Part shown: positions 34,743 to 43,816 of the stretch, piece after piece
How the letters are laid out: the number at the start of each line of letters is the position of its first letter
How positions within the stretch are numbered: position 1 is the first letter of the stretch
IMG/VR virus record: IMGVR_UViG_3300029787_000052
Location: 1 to 57,432 of that record
Length of the DNA stretch: 57,432 nt
Reading direction: 5' to 3' (one strand)
From: a virus
Taxonomy: Duplodnaviria > Caudoviricetes
Made by a program: the position numbers and the translations under genes
Notes under the pieces: generated by a model
Told to the model about the DNA's origin: nothing
The model's input: the letters and a program-made list of their open reading frames with translations, nothing else
The model's database searches: none

Positions 34743-35345
34743 ATGTCCTCAACTGCTGCACCCTTCGGTCTGCGCCCCATTGGTCGGTTGGATAGTGGTT
34801 CGTTAGAAGTATCGCGCCAGTATCCAATAGCCTCAGGCTATGGCACAGCTATCTGCGTAGGTGACATTGTTCAACTAGTAGATGGCGGAACCGCCACCAC
34901 CATTGAGAAGCAGTCCGCAACGGGCGACGACTCAACCGCCATTGATATGGTCGGTATTTTCATGGGCTGTAAATATACAGACCCCAACTCTGGACAACTT
35001 ACGTTTAGTCAAAAGTGGCCAGCCAGTTTGGTTGCCTCTGATGCTATGGCGTATGTGGTTGATGATCCTAATGTTCTGTTCACCATCCAAGCGGATGCTG
35101 CGCCTACTAACGTAGGGGACATTTACGGGAAAAACACTCTTCTAATCCAGACTGCGCCTAACACCACTTTGAATGTTAGCCGTGTTGCTCTGGATATTTC
35201 TGAACTTTCTACCGATGCTCAGAACCCAATTCGGGTAATTGACTATCTCGGCGGAAACGAAGGGGATGAGAAGGGTACGACTTTCCCAATTCTGGTGTGC
35301 AAGTTTAACTATCACCAGCATTCATCCACAACTGGTTCGGCATAG
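34743..35345 (+). CDS. Capsid decoration/auxiliary protein
   Basis: APFGLRP, GD.V, GIF.GC.YTDP, AYV.DDP; immediately before the major capsid gene. Confidence 0.65.
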   Translation: MSSTAAPFGLRPIGRLDSGSLEVSRQYPIASGYGTAICVGDIVQLVDGGTATTIEKQSATGDDSTAIDMVGIFMGCKYTDPNSGQLTFSQKWPASLVASDAMAYVVDDPNVLFTIQADAAPTNVGDIYGKNTLLIQTAPNTTLNVSRVALDISELSTDAQNPIRVIDYLGGNEGDEKGTTFPILVCKFNYHQHSSTTGSA

Positions 35346-35357
35346 GGGGATTGAGTT

Positions 35358-36266
35358 ATGGCTATTGCAAGAACACAACTCCTTAAAGAACTTCTTCCGG
35401 GCCTAAACGCCCTGTTCGGTTTGGAGTACGAAAAGTACGAAGACGAACACACGATGATCTACGAGACAGAAAGTTCTGATCGTAGCTTTGAGGAAGAAGT
35501 TAAGTTGTCTGGATTTGGTTCCGCCCCGGTTAAGCCCGAAGGCGAAGCTATTTCTTACGACAGCGCACAAGAGTCATTTACGGCTCGGTATAACCATGAG
35601 ACGGTTGCTATGGGCTTTTCCATTACCGAAGAGGCAATGGAAGACAACCTGTATGACTCGCTCTCGGCTCGTTATACCAAGGCTCTGGCTCGTGGCATGG
35701 CTTACAGCAAGCAGACCAAGGCTGTTACTCCCCTGAATACGGGGTTTGACACCTACCAGTCTGGTGATGGTGTAACGCTGTTTAATGCTTCTCACCCAAC
35801 GGTTGCGGGTGGCACGAACTCCAACCGTCCAGCAACAGCGGCTGACTTGAACGAAACCACTCTTGAGAATGCGGTAATTGATATTGCTGCATACGTTGAT
35901 GAGCGTGGTCTTCTTATTGCAGCCCGTCCGCGTAGGTTGATTATTCCACCTGCACTGACATTTGTTGCAACTCGTATTCTCCAGTCGGAGCTTCGGGTTG
36001 GAACTGCTGATAACGACATCAATGCTATTCGTAGCAACGGTTCGATTCCAGAAGGCTATGAGGTCAACCACTACCTGACCGATACCAATGCCTTCTTTAT
36101 CGTTACCGATGTTCCTAATGGCATGAAGCACTTCGAGCGCACTCCCATGCAGACCAGCATGGACGGTGACTTCGATACTGGTAATGTTCGTTACAAGGCA
36201 CGGGAACGCTACTCCTTCGGAGTATCTGACCCTCTCGGAATTTACGGTTCTCCGGGTTCTTCCTAA
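35358..36266 (+). CDS. Major capsid protein (Mu gpT-like, HK97 fold)
   Basis: MAIARTQLLKELLPGLNALFGLEY, SDRSFEE, GDG..LF...HP, DFDTGNVRYKARERYSFG.SD; followed by a strong terminator. Confidence 0.9.
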   Translation: MAIARTQLLKELLPGLNALFGLEYEKYEDEHTMIYETESSDRSFEEEVKLSGFGSAPVKPEGEAISYDSAQESFTARYNHETVAMGFSITEEAMEDNLYDSLSARYTKALARGMAYSKQTKAVTPLNTGFDTYQSGDGVTLFNASHPTVAGGTNSNRPATAADLNETTLENAVIDIAAYVDERGLLIAARPRRLIIPPALTFVATRILQSELRVGTADNDINAIRSNGSIPEGYEVNHYLTDTNAFFIVTDVPNGMKHFERTPMQTSMDGDFDTGNVRYKARERYSFGVSDPLGIYGSPGSS

Positions 36267-36275
36267 AACCGTAGG

Positions 36276-36303
36276 GGGGAGGGGTTCGCCCCTCCCCTTT
36301 TTT
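36276..36303 (+). terminator. Rho-independent terminator after capsid gene
   Basis: GGGGAGGGG-TTCG-CCCCTCCCC-TTTTTT. Confidence 0.9.
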
Positions 36304-36352
36304 ATACATCCTGACGGCGAAAGCCGACACTAGCCACGACAGGAGATATAAC

Positions 36353-37069
36353 ATGGCTGTGCATTTTACTGGACCGATCCTTCATGCAGGTAAGGATGGA
36401 AGCCGCAAATGGTTTTCTAACCTGCCCATCACCGCAAGCCCTGACTATGTCGTTTATATGGACGACTTCACGGGTATTGCTCTAGATTCAACAAATGACT
36501 GGACAGTGATCAAAGACAGCAGTGCTTCTGCTGCTCTTGGTGCTGACGCTGAAAGCGGGACATTGGTCCTGTCAAGTCAGGCAACCACCGACAATGATGG
36601 TGCTTCTGTACAAGGCAACGAAATTTTTGCCGTTAACGCAGATCGCGACATCTGGTTTGAGACCAAGCTTACCCCTACGGATGCAGAGGGTAGCAACATG
36701 GATATCTGTGTTGGTCTGACGGTTAACTTTGCGACCAACCCCGAAGCAATGCTTACTGCTGCTGACCGTATTGTGTTTCAGGTAAACGATGGTGACAGCA
36801 ACATTCTCTGCAAGACGGAGAAAGACGGTACGGAAACTTCAACGGATTCGGGGATTGATATTGCCAGCGGTACGGCAGTGACGCTCGGTTTCCATGTAAT
36901 CAACACATCAAGTGTTGAGTTTTTTGTAAACCGGCTTCTTGTAGCTACGCATACTGCCAATATCCCTGACGATGAGAATATGACTATTGGCGCTATGGAG
37001 CTTTCTGGTTCTGCTACAGGCACGAAGTCTATGGCGGTAGATTACCTGTTCGCTTCTCAAACTCGTTAG
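36353..37069 (+). CDS. Putative virion protein (beta-sandwich)
   Basis: HFTGP N-terminus, YMDDF, beta-rich; AGGAG RBS. Confidence 0.7.
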   Translation: MAVHFTGPILHAGKDGSRKWFSNLPITASPDYVVYMDDFTGIALDSTNDWTVIKDSSASAALGADAESGTLVLSSQATTDNDGASVQGNEIFAVNADRDIWFETKLTPTDAEGSNMDICVGLTVNFATNPEAMLTAADRIVFQVNDGDSNILCKTEKDGTETSTDSGIDIASGTAVTLGFHVINTSSVEFFVNRLLVATHTANIPDDENMTIGAMELSGSATGTKSMAVDYLFASQTR

Positions 37070-37079
37070 GAGATAGAAC

Positions 37080-37223
37080 ATGGCGACGAAACCAAAGGTT
37101 AAGGCTGCGGAAAAAAAGTCTGCACCTAAAGCTTCTGCAAAAAAGGCCGTTGCTGCCAGCACTCCCCCTGTGGGGAGTGCTGAGTACAAGTCCCTTGTCT
37201 TGCAGGGCAAGATAAAGGAGTAA
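37080..37223 (+). CDS. Small Lys/Ala-rich protein (47 aa, not in ORF track)
   Basis: MATKPKVKAAEKKSAPKASAKKA...; AGGAG RBS. Confidence 0.65.
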   Translation: MATKPKVKAAEKKSAPKASAKKAVAASTPPVGSAEYKSLVLQGKIKE

Positions 37224-37227
37224 GCTC

Positions 37228-37632
37228 GTGGCAGATGCGGTAACAACCCAAACGATTGTTGATGGCCAGAAAAACGCTGCGTTTAAGTTTACGAACATTA
37301 GTGACGGCTCAGGCGAAGCTGCCGTTGTCAAAGTTGATGTATCGGCACTTGAGAAAGAGCATGTGACTCAAAACGCATGTACCAAATTTACCATTGAACA
37401 GATTTGGTGGCAGTGTGTGGGGATGAAGGTTCAGTTGCTTTTTGACGCAACGAGCAATGCCTTTGTTATTGAGTTGGGTGAGACTTCTTCCGGTCATCAT
37501 GATTACAGGGATTTTGGCGGTATCTGGAACAATGCAGGTTCTGGTGTAACTGGTGACGTTCTGTTTACGACAGTTGGTCATGCCAGTAACGATACCTACA
37601 CAATTCTTATTTCCGGCAGAAAAAGTTACTGA
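37228..37632 (+). CDS. Putative virion protein
   Basis: MADAVTTQTI.DG..KFTNISDG.GE..V.KVDVSAL, DFGGI, TGD. Confidence 0.75.
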   Translation: MADAVTTQTIVDGQKNAAFKFTNISDGSGEAAVVKVDVSALEKEHVTQNACTKFTIEQIWWQCVGMKVQLLFDATSNAFVIELGETSSGHHDYRDFGGIWNNAGSGVTGDVLFTTVGHASNDTYTILISGRKSY

Positions 37633-37634
37633 TA

Positions 37635-37994
37635 ATGGCTAAGGCTTATCCCGGCGTAAAAAGGCTACCTAGTGGCGGCATTGAGTATCGCGGCACTAAG
37701 TTTGCTGGGTTTAATAAGCCAAAGCGGTCTAATCGTTCCGGCAAGAAAGGAATGGTTCTTGCTAAAGACGGCGATAAGATCAAGCTTATTCATTACGGTG
37801 ACTCGTCAATGGGGCACAACTATTCCCCTGAAGCTCGGAAAAGTTTTAAGGCTCGTCACGCAAAGAACATCAAAAAGGGCAAGATGTCTGCTGCGTACTG
37901 GGCTAATAAAGAGCTTTGGGGTGGCCCCGGAAAATCAAAGAAGTCTCCTCCTAAATCACAGAAATCTGTGAAGGGCGTTAAGAGGCGGTCATGA
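37635..37994 (+). CDS. Small basic protein (ARKSFKARH..SAAYWA)
   Basis: Highly basic, in the late operon. Confidence 0.75.
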   Translation: MAKAYPGVKRLPSGGIEYRGTKFAGFNKPKRSNRSGKKGMVLAKDGDKIKLIHYGDSSMGHNYSPEARKSFKARHAKNIKKGKMSAAYWANKELWGGPGKSKKSPPKSQKSVKGVKRRS

Positions 37995-38212
37995 GAGGGC
38001 ACTTGGTAACTGTTTTAACATCTTGCTGTTTAGCCATTGGCGGCTGGGCTATTTTGCTTTTGGTTGATATGGACAAGAAAGTAGCAGTGCTGGAAACTTC
38101 AGTTGCGGAAACAAACAAAAAGGTTGGAAAGAATTACGACCTTATAAAAATTGTTTTAACTGAGGTTCGTCCTGTAAGCGAAGTTTCTCACATTCCAATA
38201 AAAGGAAACTAA
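37991..38212 (+). CDS. Small TM/coiled-coil protein
   Basis: N-terminal hydrophobic helix; ATGA coupling. Confidence 0.6.
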   Translation: MRGHLVTVLTSCCLAIGGWAILLLVDMDKKVAVLETSVAETNKKVGKNYDLIKIVLTEVRPVSEVSHIPIKGN

Positions 38213-38213
38213 G

Positions 38214-38447
38214 ATGAAATACAAAGACCAGAGCAAGAAGATGAAAATGGCTGGCGGCGGTGTTGCTGAAGACATAAAGCCTATGGGAAAAGATATGGGC
38301 GGGTTACTGAAAACATTCTCTCCAGCAGCAATGCTTTATGACAAGCTTGGGAAGGAAAACCGAGGGTTCATGTTTGGTCTTCTGCCCGGAATGGTAATGA
38401 AAGACAGGTATCGGAAGAAGAAGTCTGAAGAGGAAAACATCTCATGA
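38214..38447 (+). CDS. Small protein with KMKMAGGGV motif
   Basis: N-terminus paralogous to 38444 and to part of 40139. Confidence 0.7.
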   Translation: MKYKDQSKKMKMAGGGVAEDIKPMGKDMGGLLKTFSPAAMLYDKLGKENRGFMFGLLPGMVMKDRYRKKKSEEENIS

Positions 38448-38734
38448 AATATAAAGATCAACAGAAGAAAATGAAAATGCAAGCCGGTGGAGTATCCGCT
38501 GATGTTGCAGCAGCCGGTCCTGACTACAGTGGGTTTGAAAAAAGATTGCAGGAAATTGGCAAGTTTGCTGAAGGAATTGGCACTGCGGGAGACAGACAAA
38601 TTCTTGAAGACATTCTTGCGTCAAGGCAAGCTCAGGAATTTTTAAGCGGTGTTGGAGGAGTAGCTATTCCTGATAGTAAACAGGTCCGAAAACCTCGTCC
38701 CATTGAAGGGGCAAGAGGACCAAGGATGGACTGA
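38444..38734 (+). CDS. Small protein with KMKMQAGGV motif
   Basis: MKYKDQ.KKMKM shared with 38214; ATGA coupling. Confidence 0.7.
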   Translation: MKYKDQQKKMKMQAGGVSADVAAAGPDYSGFEKRLQEIGKFAEGIGTAGDRQILEDILASRQAQEFLSGVGGVAIPDSKQVRKPRPIEGARGPRMD

Positions 38735-38892
38735 TGCCTCTTACAGTAAAGGGGGAGAAAACTTTAACGACTATGAAAAATCGTTACGGTGCAAAAAAAG
38801 GAAAAGAGATATTTTATGCTGGGGTAAACTCTGGCAAGCTAAAGGGGATGGAGTCTAAAACGGTTTCTACCAGAAGAAAGAAAAAGGCATAG
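38734..38892 (+). CDS. Small basic protein (52 aa, not in ORF track)
   Basis: MPLTVKGEK...MK..YG.KKG..IFYA..N.GK..G.E; TGATG coupling. Confidence 0.7.
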   Translation: MPLTVKGEKTLTTMKNRYGAKKGKEIFYAGVNSGKLKGMESKTVSTRRKKKA

Positions 38893-38895
38893 TGA

Positions 38896-39594
38896 ATGGC
38901 GGTTAGCGGAACATCTACATTTAATCTCGACATAGCAGAGCTTTGTGAGGAAGCTTACGAACGGGCTGGTCTTGAGATGCGTAGTGGATATGACCTTGCT
39001 ACTGCAAGGCGCAGCCTGAACTTGATGGGTTTGGAGTGGGCTAACCGTGGAATAAATCTGTGGCTTGTCGAGGAAGGCAGCGTCACACTTGTTACAGGCA
39101 CTGCTACTTACACGCTACCGTCTGACACTATTGATCTTTTAGAGCATACGCTCAGAACGGATAGTGGTGAAACAGATCAGACAGATACAGCATTATACAG
39201 GATGTCTGTCAGTACTTACTCTCAGATAACTAATAAATTAACTCAGGGTAAGCCAACACAAATATATATCAACCGTTTGCGGGATGCTCCGACTGTTACT
39301 CTTTGGCCCATCCCAAGCAGCACTTACAACGGTGACTTTGTTCGTTATTTTAGGCTGCGTCGAGTTGAGGACACGGGAGCAAAGTCCAGTAACACCTCAG
39401 ACATTCCAGCGCGGTTTCTTCCCTGCATGGTTGCCGGTCTCGCATATCATATAGCTATGAAGCGCCCAGAAGCTGCGCCTAGAATACAAATGCTTAAGTC
39501 TGTTTATGATGAGCAGTTTGAGCTTGCGGCACAAGAAGATAGAGAAAAGGCTTCTTATTCGTTCACGCCTCAGATGGATTCGTATTCATTATGA
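38896..39594 (+). CDS. Putative head-tail adaptor / tail tubular protein
   Basis: EEAYER.G...RSGYDL.TARRSLN, EWANRG.NLW, P.RF.PC..AGLAY, L...Y.E.F..A..EDR. Confidence 0.7.
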   Translation: MAVSGTSTFNLDIAELCEEAYERAGLEMRSGYDLATARRSLNLMGLEWANRGINLWLVEEGSVTLVTGTATYTLPSDTIDLLEHTLRTDSGETDQTDTALYRMSVSTYSQITNKLTQGKPTQIYINRLRDAPTVTLWPIPSSTYNGDFVRYFRLRRVEDTGAKSSNTSDIPARFLPCMVAGLAYHIAMKRPEAAPRIQMLKSVYDEQFELAAQEDREKASYSFTPQMDSYSL

Positions 39595-39935
39595 CTGGGC
39601 CATACGCAAGAGCTAAGTATGCATTTGGGTTTTGTGACCGTACTGGTTTTAGATATCCCTTGGAAAAGCTTGTGTACGAGGTTCAGAATGGTGTGAGGAC
39701 TGGGCTTCGTGTGGGATACGATGTGGTAGACCCAGACCAGCCTCAGAACTTTCTGGGGCGCATTAGGATATTCGATCCTCAGTCATTGCGTGATCCGCGC
39801 CCTGACAAAGGTCTAGAGGCGAGTAGGGAGTTTTTTGGCTGGAACCCTGTGGGGGATGGCGGAACAGCACCTGACGGTACTGACAGCCTGTCTTTAGCGG
39901 GTTCTGTCGGTGATGTAACAATAACTGTTGCCTAG
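39591..39935 (+). CDS. Small virion-cluster protein
   Basis: A.G.CDRTGF.Y, DP..PQ, DPQ.L.DPRPD; C-terminal GSVGDVTI. Confidence 0.75.
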   Translation: MTGPYARAKYAFGFCDRTGFRYPLEKLVYEVQNGVRTGLRVGYDVVDPDQPQNFLGRIRIFDPQSLRDPRPDKGLEASREFFGWNPVGDGGTAPDGTDSLSLAGSVGDVTITVA

Positions 39936-39944
39936 GAGGAAACT

Positions 39945-40112
39945 ATGAACTGGATTAAATCACGCATTGTTGAGCCTACGACTTGGTTGGCTGTAGGCGT
40001 TGGTGCCATTCTTCTTTCGACTGTCGTGCCTGTTATGGCGGTGTGGCTGATGATTGCGGCAGCTATAACGGTAGCTGCTGGTGTTGTCTTGAAAGAAAAA
40101 GGCGGTCGATAA
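39945..40112 (+). CDS. Small 2-TM membrane protein (55 aa, not in ORF track)
   Basis: MNWIKSRIVEPTTWLAVGVG...VLKEKGGR; AGGAGG RBS. Confidence 0.7.
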   Translation: MNWIKSRIVEPTTWLAVGVGAILLSTVVPVMAVWLMIAAAITVAAGVVLKEKGGR

Positions 40113-40126
40113 GTTACTGGTAACTT
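40111..40126. promoter_or_regulatory. 16-bp palindromic element AAGTTACTGGTAACTT
   Basis: Perfect arms; between a stop codon and a GAGGAGG RBS. Confidence 0.7.
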
Positions 40127-40138
40127 GAGGAGGGTGCT

Positions 40139-40540
40139 ATGCCAAAGATGAACGGAAAGAAAATACCTTACCCAGATGCGGAAAAGCGCATGGGTGGCGG
40201 TGGCCTTAAGATGGTCAAAAACAAGCAGGGAGATAAAGTTCCCTTTTATGCTGCTGACGGTAAGGGAAAGATGATGGGCGGCGGTAAGGTTATGTATATG
40301 GGTGGCGGAAGTCTCTCTTATGGCAAGATGAAGATGGGCGGTGGCGGCGTTGCTGAAGACATTGCTGCTGCTGGTATTGGAGAAGATAAAAAAGATACAA
40401 TTCAACTTCAAACCGCCCCTTCGGAACGAGTGGAAGGGGCTAACCAAGCTTCTAAGCGTAAAGAGAAAAAGGGTATGGGCGGTTCTATTGCCCGTGGCAG
40501 TGGTGCGGCTCGCGCTCAACAGTTTCGTAAAAACGGCTAA
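40139..40540 (+). CDS. Basic Gly/Met-rich protein with repeated MGGG motifs
   Basis: KRMGGGG, KMMGGG, MYMGGG, KMKMGGGG, GMGG..ARGSGAA. Confidence 0.75.
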   Translation: MPKMNGKKIPYPDAEKRMGGGGLKMVKNKQGDKVPFYAADGKGKMMGGGKVMYMGGGSLSYGKMKMGGGGVAEDIAAAGIGEDKKDTIQLQTAPSERVEGANQASKRKEKKGMGGSIARGSGAARAQQFRKNG

Positions 40541-40546
40541 TGGATT

Positions 40547-41191
40547 ATGGCTTGGACATTTACCACACTTAAAACGGCTATACAGGATTATGTAGATAAT
40601 ACTGAAACGACGTTTGTGAACAATCTGGATGAGATGATACGGATTGTTGAAACGCGCATATTTTATGCCGTTCAGCTACCCATGTTCAGAAGAAACGTAA
40701 CGGGTAGTTTCACGAGTGGTGGTCAATATCTTTCTCAGCCTACTGACTTTATTGCCGCTTTAAGTCTTGCTGTTACTAGCGGTAACAACAGGACATATCT
40801 TCTTCCTAAAGATGTAAATTATATTAACGAGGCTTATCCTGACTCGACCGAAACAGGACTGCCTAAGTACTACGGCATCTTTGATGATGACTTTTTTATT
40901 GTAGGGCCGACACCAGACTCCGGTTACTCAACAGAGCTTCATTACGCATTTCAACCTGAAAGCATTACGGTTTCTTCTAGTGGCACAAGTTGGCTTGGAG
41001 ACAATGCTGAAGATGCGTTGCTGTACGGATGTCTTGTTGAGGCTTACACTTTTATGAAGGGTGAGCCTGATCTTATTACCAACTACACTGAAAGATTTGC
41101 CGCTGCTATTCAAAGGCTTGGTAACTTGGGTGAAGCTAGAAACAGGCGCGATCAATACCGTAACGGTGCCTTACAGATACAGGAGACCTGA
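40547..41191 (+). CDS. Putative adaptor/neck protein
   Basis: LKTAIQDY.N.ETTFV, G.PKYY, PTPD, WL..NA...LLYG.LVEAY.FMKG. Confidence 0.7.
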   Translation: MAWTFTTLKTAIQDYVDNTETTFVNNLDEMIRIVETRIFYAVQLPMFRRNVTGSFTSGGQYLSQPTDFIAALSLAVTSGNNRTYLLPKDVNYINEAYPDSTETGLPKYYGIFDDDFFIVGPTPDSGYSTELHYAFQPESITVSSSGTSWLGDNAEDALLYGCLVEAYTFMKGEPDLITNYTERFAAAIQRLGNLGEARNRRDQYRNGALQIQET

Positions 41192-41484
41192 TGTTATCTA
41201 TCAAAACAACCATGCCGGATGACTTTAAGGTGACTGTTGGCACTACCAATAACCGTGGTCATACGCCTTCTGAAGTAGCTGAGATGTGCGTAAACAAGCT
41301 TATGTATGTTTCCGAAAACGCTCCACCTGCGATCCGTGATCAAGCCGTGTTTTATAAAAATGAGCTTTTTGTTTTAATAGAGCATTACATGAAACAAGCG
41401 GTGGCAAGCGACAGAACTAATGTTATCAATGCGTTAACTAATGCTGGCTCCCCCCAGTTAGCAGAAATGATAAGGAGACTTTAA
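41191..41484 (+). CDS. Hypothetical protein
   Basis: TT.NRGHTP.EVAE.C motif; TGATG coupling. Confidence 0.7.
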   Translation: MLSIKTTMPDDFKVTVGTTNNRGHTPSEVAEMCVNKLMYVSENAPPAIRDQAVFYKNELFVLIEHYMKQAVASDRTNVINALTNAGSPQLAEMIRRL

Positions 41485-41916
41485 ATGGCTATCACGCAAG
41501 CAATGTGTACGTCTTTCAAAGTAGAGCTTTTGAAAGGTGTCCACAATTTAACCGCCTCGACAGGCAATACAATTAACATGGCGTTGTACCAAAGCACTGC
41601 CTCTCTCGATGCAACAACGACAGCTTATACGACTAGCGGAGAAGCAAGCGGTACAGGCTACACTGCCAAGGGTGCTGCGCTTACAAGCGTTACGCCGGTT
41701 GCAAGTGGGACTACGGCAGTATGCGACTTTGCGGACCTGACATTCTCGTCTGTAAGCATTACCGCTCGTGGTGGCATGATCTTTAACGAAACAGCAACAG
41801 GCGACCCTTCTCTTGTAATTCTTGATTTTGGCGCAGACAAAACCGCGACTGCTGGAGACATGACGATTACGTTTCCAACAGCAAGCGCAACGGCTGCAAT
41901 TATACGGATTGCTTAA
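41485..41916 (+). CDS. Putative tail/virion structural protein
   Basis: MAITQAMCTSFK.ELL, ALY, DFAD, ITARG..I.N, LDFG.DK, AIIRIA. Confidence 0.75.
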   Translation: MAITQAMCTSFKVELLKGVHNLTASTGNTINMALYQSTASLDATTTAYTTSGEASGTGYTAKGAALTSVTPVASGTTAVCDFADLTFSSVSITARGGMIFNETATGDPSLVILDFGADKTATAGDMTITFPTASATAAIIRIA

Positions 41917-41925
41917 GGCGTAGTA

Positions 41926-42465
41926 ATGGCAAACGTCACAGGTTGGGGCAGAGGAACATGGGGTAGCGGTCCTTGGGGCCAGCCCATACCTGTGGAAGTT
42001 ACCGGAACTGCTGGCACAAGTGCTGTTGGTAGCGTTACTGTTGCTGGCGGTTCTGCATTTTCAGTAACAGGCAATGCTGCTACTGGAAGTGTAGGCAGCG
42101 TAAGCGTTGGCATTGATGCTACGATTTCGGTTACGGGGATTGCTGCTACTGGGGGTATTGGCTCCGTTACAGCGGCTGGTGGTTCTGCATTTGCTGTAAC
42201 AGGTAATGCTGGAACTGGTTCGGTTGGAAGCGTAACGACTTCGATTAGTGACGATGTAACCCTTGTTGGGTTTGACATAGAAGGAGAAGTTGGCTCCGTA
42301 ACGGTTAGTGAGGGCAGCGGGGTAATAATTATTGAAACGGGCCTTCAGGGCACAGGCGCAGTAGGCAGCGTTAACGTCTGGGGAGAAATAGTTCCGTCAC
42401 AAGATGCTTCGTGGTCTTCGATTTCTCCTGATCAAGACGCAAGCTGGATCGATATAGCTGCTTAA
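41926..42465 (+). CDS. Gly/Val/Thr-rich fibrous virion protein
   Basis: GWGRGTWGSGPWG then repeated VTG.A.TG.VGSV.V units. Confidence 0.75.
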   Translation: MANVTGWGRGTWGSGPWGQPIPVEVTGTAGTSAVGSVTVAGGSAFSVTGNAATGSVGSVSVGIDATISVTGIAATGGIGSVTAAGGSAFAVTGNAGTGSVGSVTTSISDDVTLVGFDIEGEVGSVTVSEGSGVIIIETGLQGTGAVGSVNVWGEIVPSQDASWSSISPDQDASWIDIAA

Positions 42466-42478
42466 AAGGATTAGATAA

Positions 42479-43816
42479 ATGACTTCAACATACACAAGCA
42501 ACTCTGGAATTGAGAAGCCCGGAACAGGTGACCAGTCAGGCACATGGGGCGATACCACCAATACCAACATGGACATCATAGATCGCGCTATTAGTGGCGT
42601 GGTTTCTTTGAGCCTAACCGGAACCTCTACAACGCTAACCACCACCGATGGTTCTCTTACAGATGGCATGTATAAGGTTCTTGTGTTAGCCGGAAGCCCG
42701 ACAGGAACAAACACAATTACGATTGCTCCGAATGATGCTGATAAATTTTATCTGGTCAAAAACGGTAGCGGTCAAAGCGCGGTGTTTAGTCAAGGTACTG
42801 GCGCAAATGTTACAATTCCTAACGGCGGCGCAGACATTATTTTTTCAGACGGTGCTGGCACTGGCGCTGCTGTATCAAGTATTTTTGCTAACTCTCTTTC
42901 TTTTGGCAAAGTAAACCTGACTTCGGACACAGCATCTGGAGATGCAGCGGCTCTTGGATATACCGCTGCTGAAGGTTTGATATTGACAGGTCAGGGTTCG
43001 ACCAATGACGTGACAATTAAGAACGATGCCGATGCAGATGTTTTGGAAATTCCCACAGGAAGCACAAACGTCACCGTAGTGGGCGATATTACTGCTGGTG
43101 GAACCTTAAATGCTGCGGGTGATACTTCAGCAGGGGATGATGCAGCTATTGGCTACACGGCTGCTTTGGGTCTTATCTTAACGGGACAAGGCTCAACCAA
43201 TGACGTAACGATTGTTAACGATGCTGATGCAACGGTTTTGTCCGTTGCTACTGGCGGTACTGACGTTGATATCGTGGGCGACGTGACAGCCGCTACAGTA
43301 AACGCGGATGGCGACACCTCTGCCGGTGACAATGCGGCTATGGGGTACACGGCTGCGGAGGGTTTGATCCTAACGGGTCAAGGCTCGACCAACGATGTCA
43401 CAATCAAGAACGATGCTGATGCGGATGTCATTGAGATTCCGACAGGCACCACGAATGTGACGGTCGCTGGGCAGTTCAATGGTGGCACGATTATTCTTGC
43501 AGAGACTGACACCGACACGTCAAACACAGGCAGTGTAACGATTGACTTCTCGGCTCATCAGAACTTTGTGCTTACCCTTACGGGTAACGTGACTTTGGCT
43601 AACCCAAGCACGGAATCAGTAGGCCAAGCTGGGGTGTTCGTGTTCATCCAAGACGGAACGGGTTCGAGAACTCTCAGCCTTGGGACAGATTACGAAAGCC
43701 CTGCTGGGGGCGGCATTACACTAAGTACCGCAGCAAATGCAGTCGATGTGGTCCCATACTTCGTCAAGGCGTCAGGCAGTATCCAGCTAGGCGCACCGCA
43801 GTTGGCGTTCAGCTAA
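42479..43816 (+). CDS. Tail fibre-like protein with three internal repeats
   Basis: G.QSGTWG.TTNTN N-terminus; three ~64-aa repeats; QDGTGSRTL C-domain. Confidence 0.75.
   Translation: MTSTYTSNSGIEKPGTGDQSGTWGDTTNTNMDIIDRAISGVVSLSLTGTSTTLTTTDGSLTDGMYKVLVLAGSPTGTNTITIAPNDADKFYLVKNGSGQSAVFSQGTGANVTIPNGGADIIFSDGAGTGAAVSSIFANSLSFGKVNLTSDTASGDAAALGYTAAEGLILTGQGSTNDVTIKNDADADVLEIPTGSTNVTVVGDITAGGTLNAAGDTSAGDDAAIGYTAALGLILTGQGSTNDVTIVNDADATVLSVATGGTDVDIVGDVTAATVNADGDTSAGDNAAMGYTAAEGLILTGQGSTNDVTIKNDADADVIEIPTGTTNVTVAGQFNGGTIILAETDTDTSNTGSVTIDFSAHQNFVLTLTGNVTLANPSTESVGQAGVFVFIQDGTGSRTLSLGTDYESPAGGGITLSTAANAVDVVPYFVKASGSIQLGAPQLAFS
42923..43470 (+). repeat. Three ~192-195-nt coding repeats (DT..GD.AA.GYTAA.GLILTGQGSTNDVTI.NDADA)
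   Basis: Near-identical peptides with diverged synonymous codons, starting about 42923, 43118 and 43310. Confidence 0.85.
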
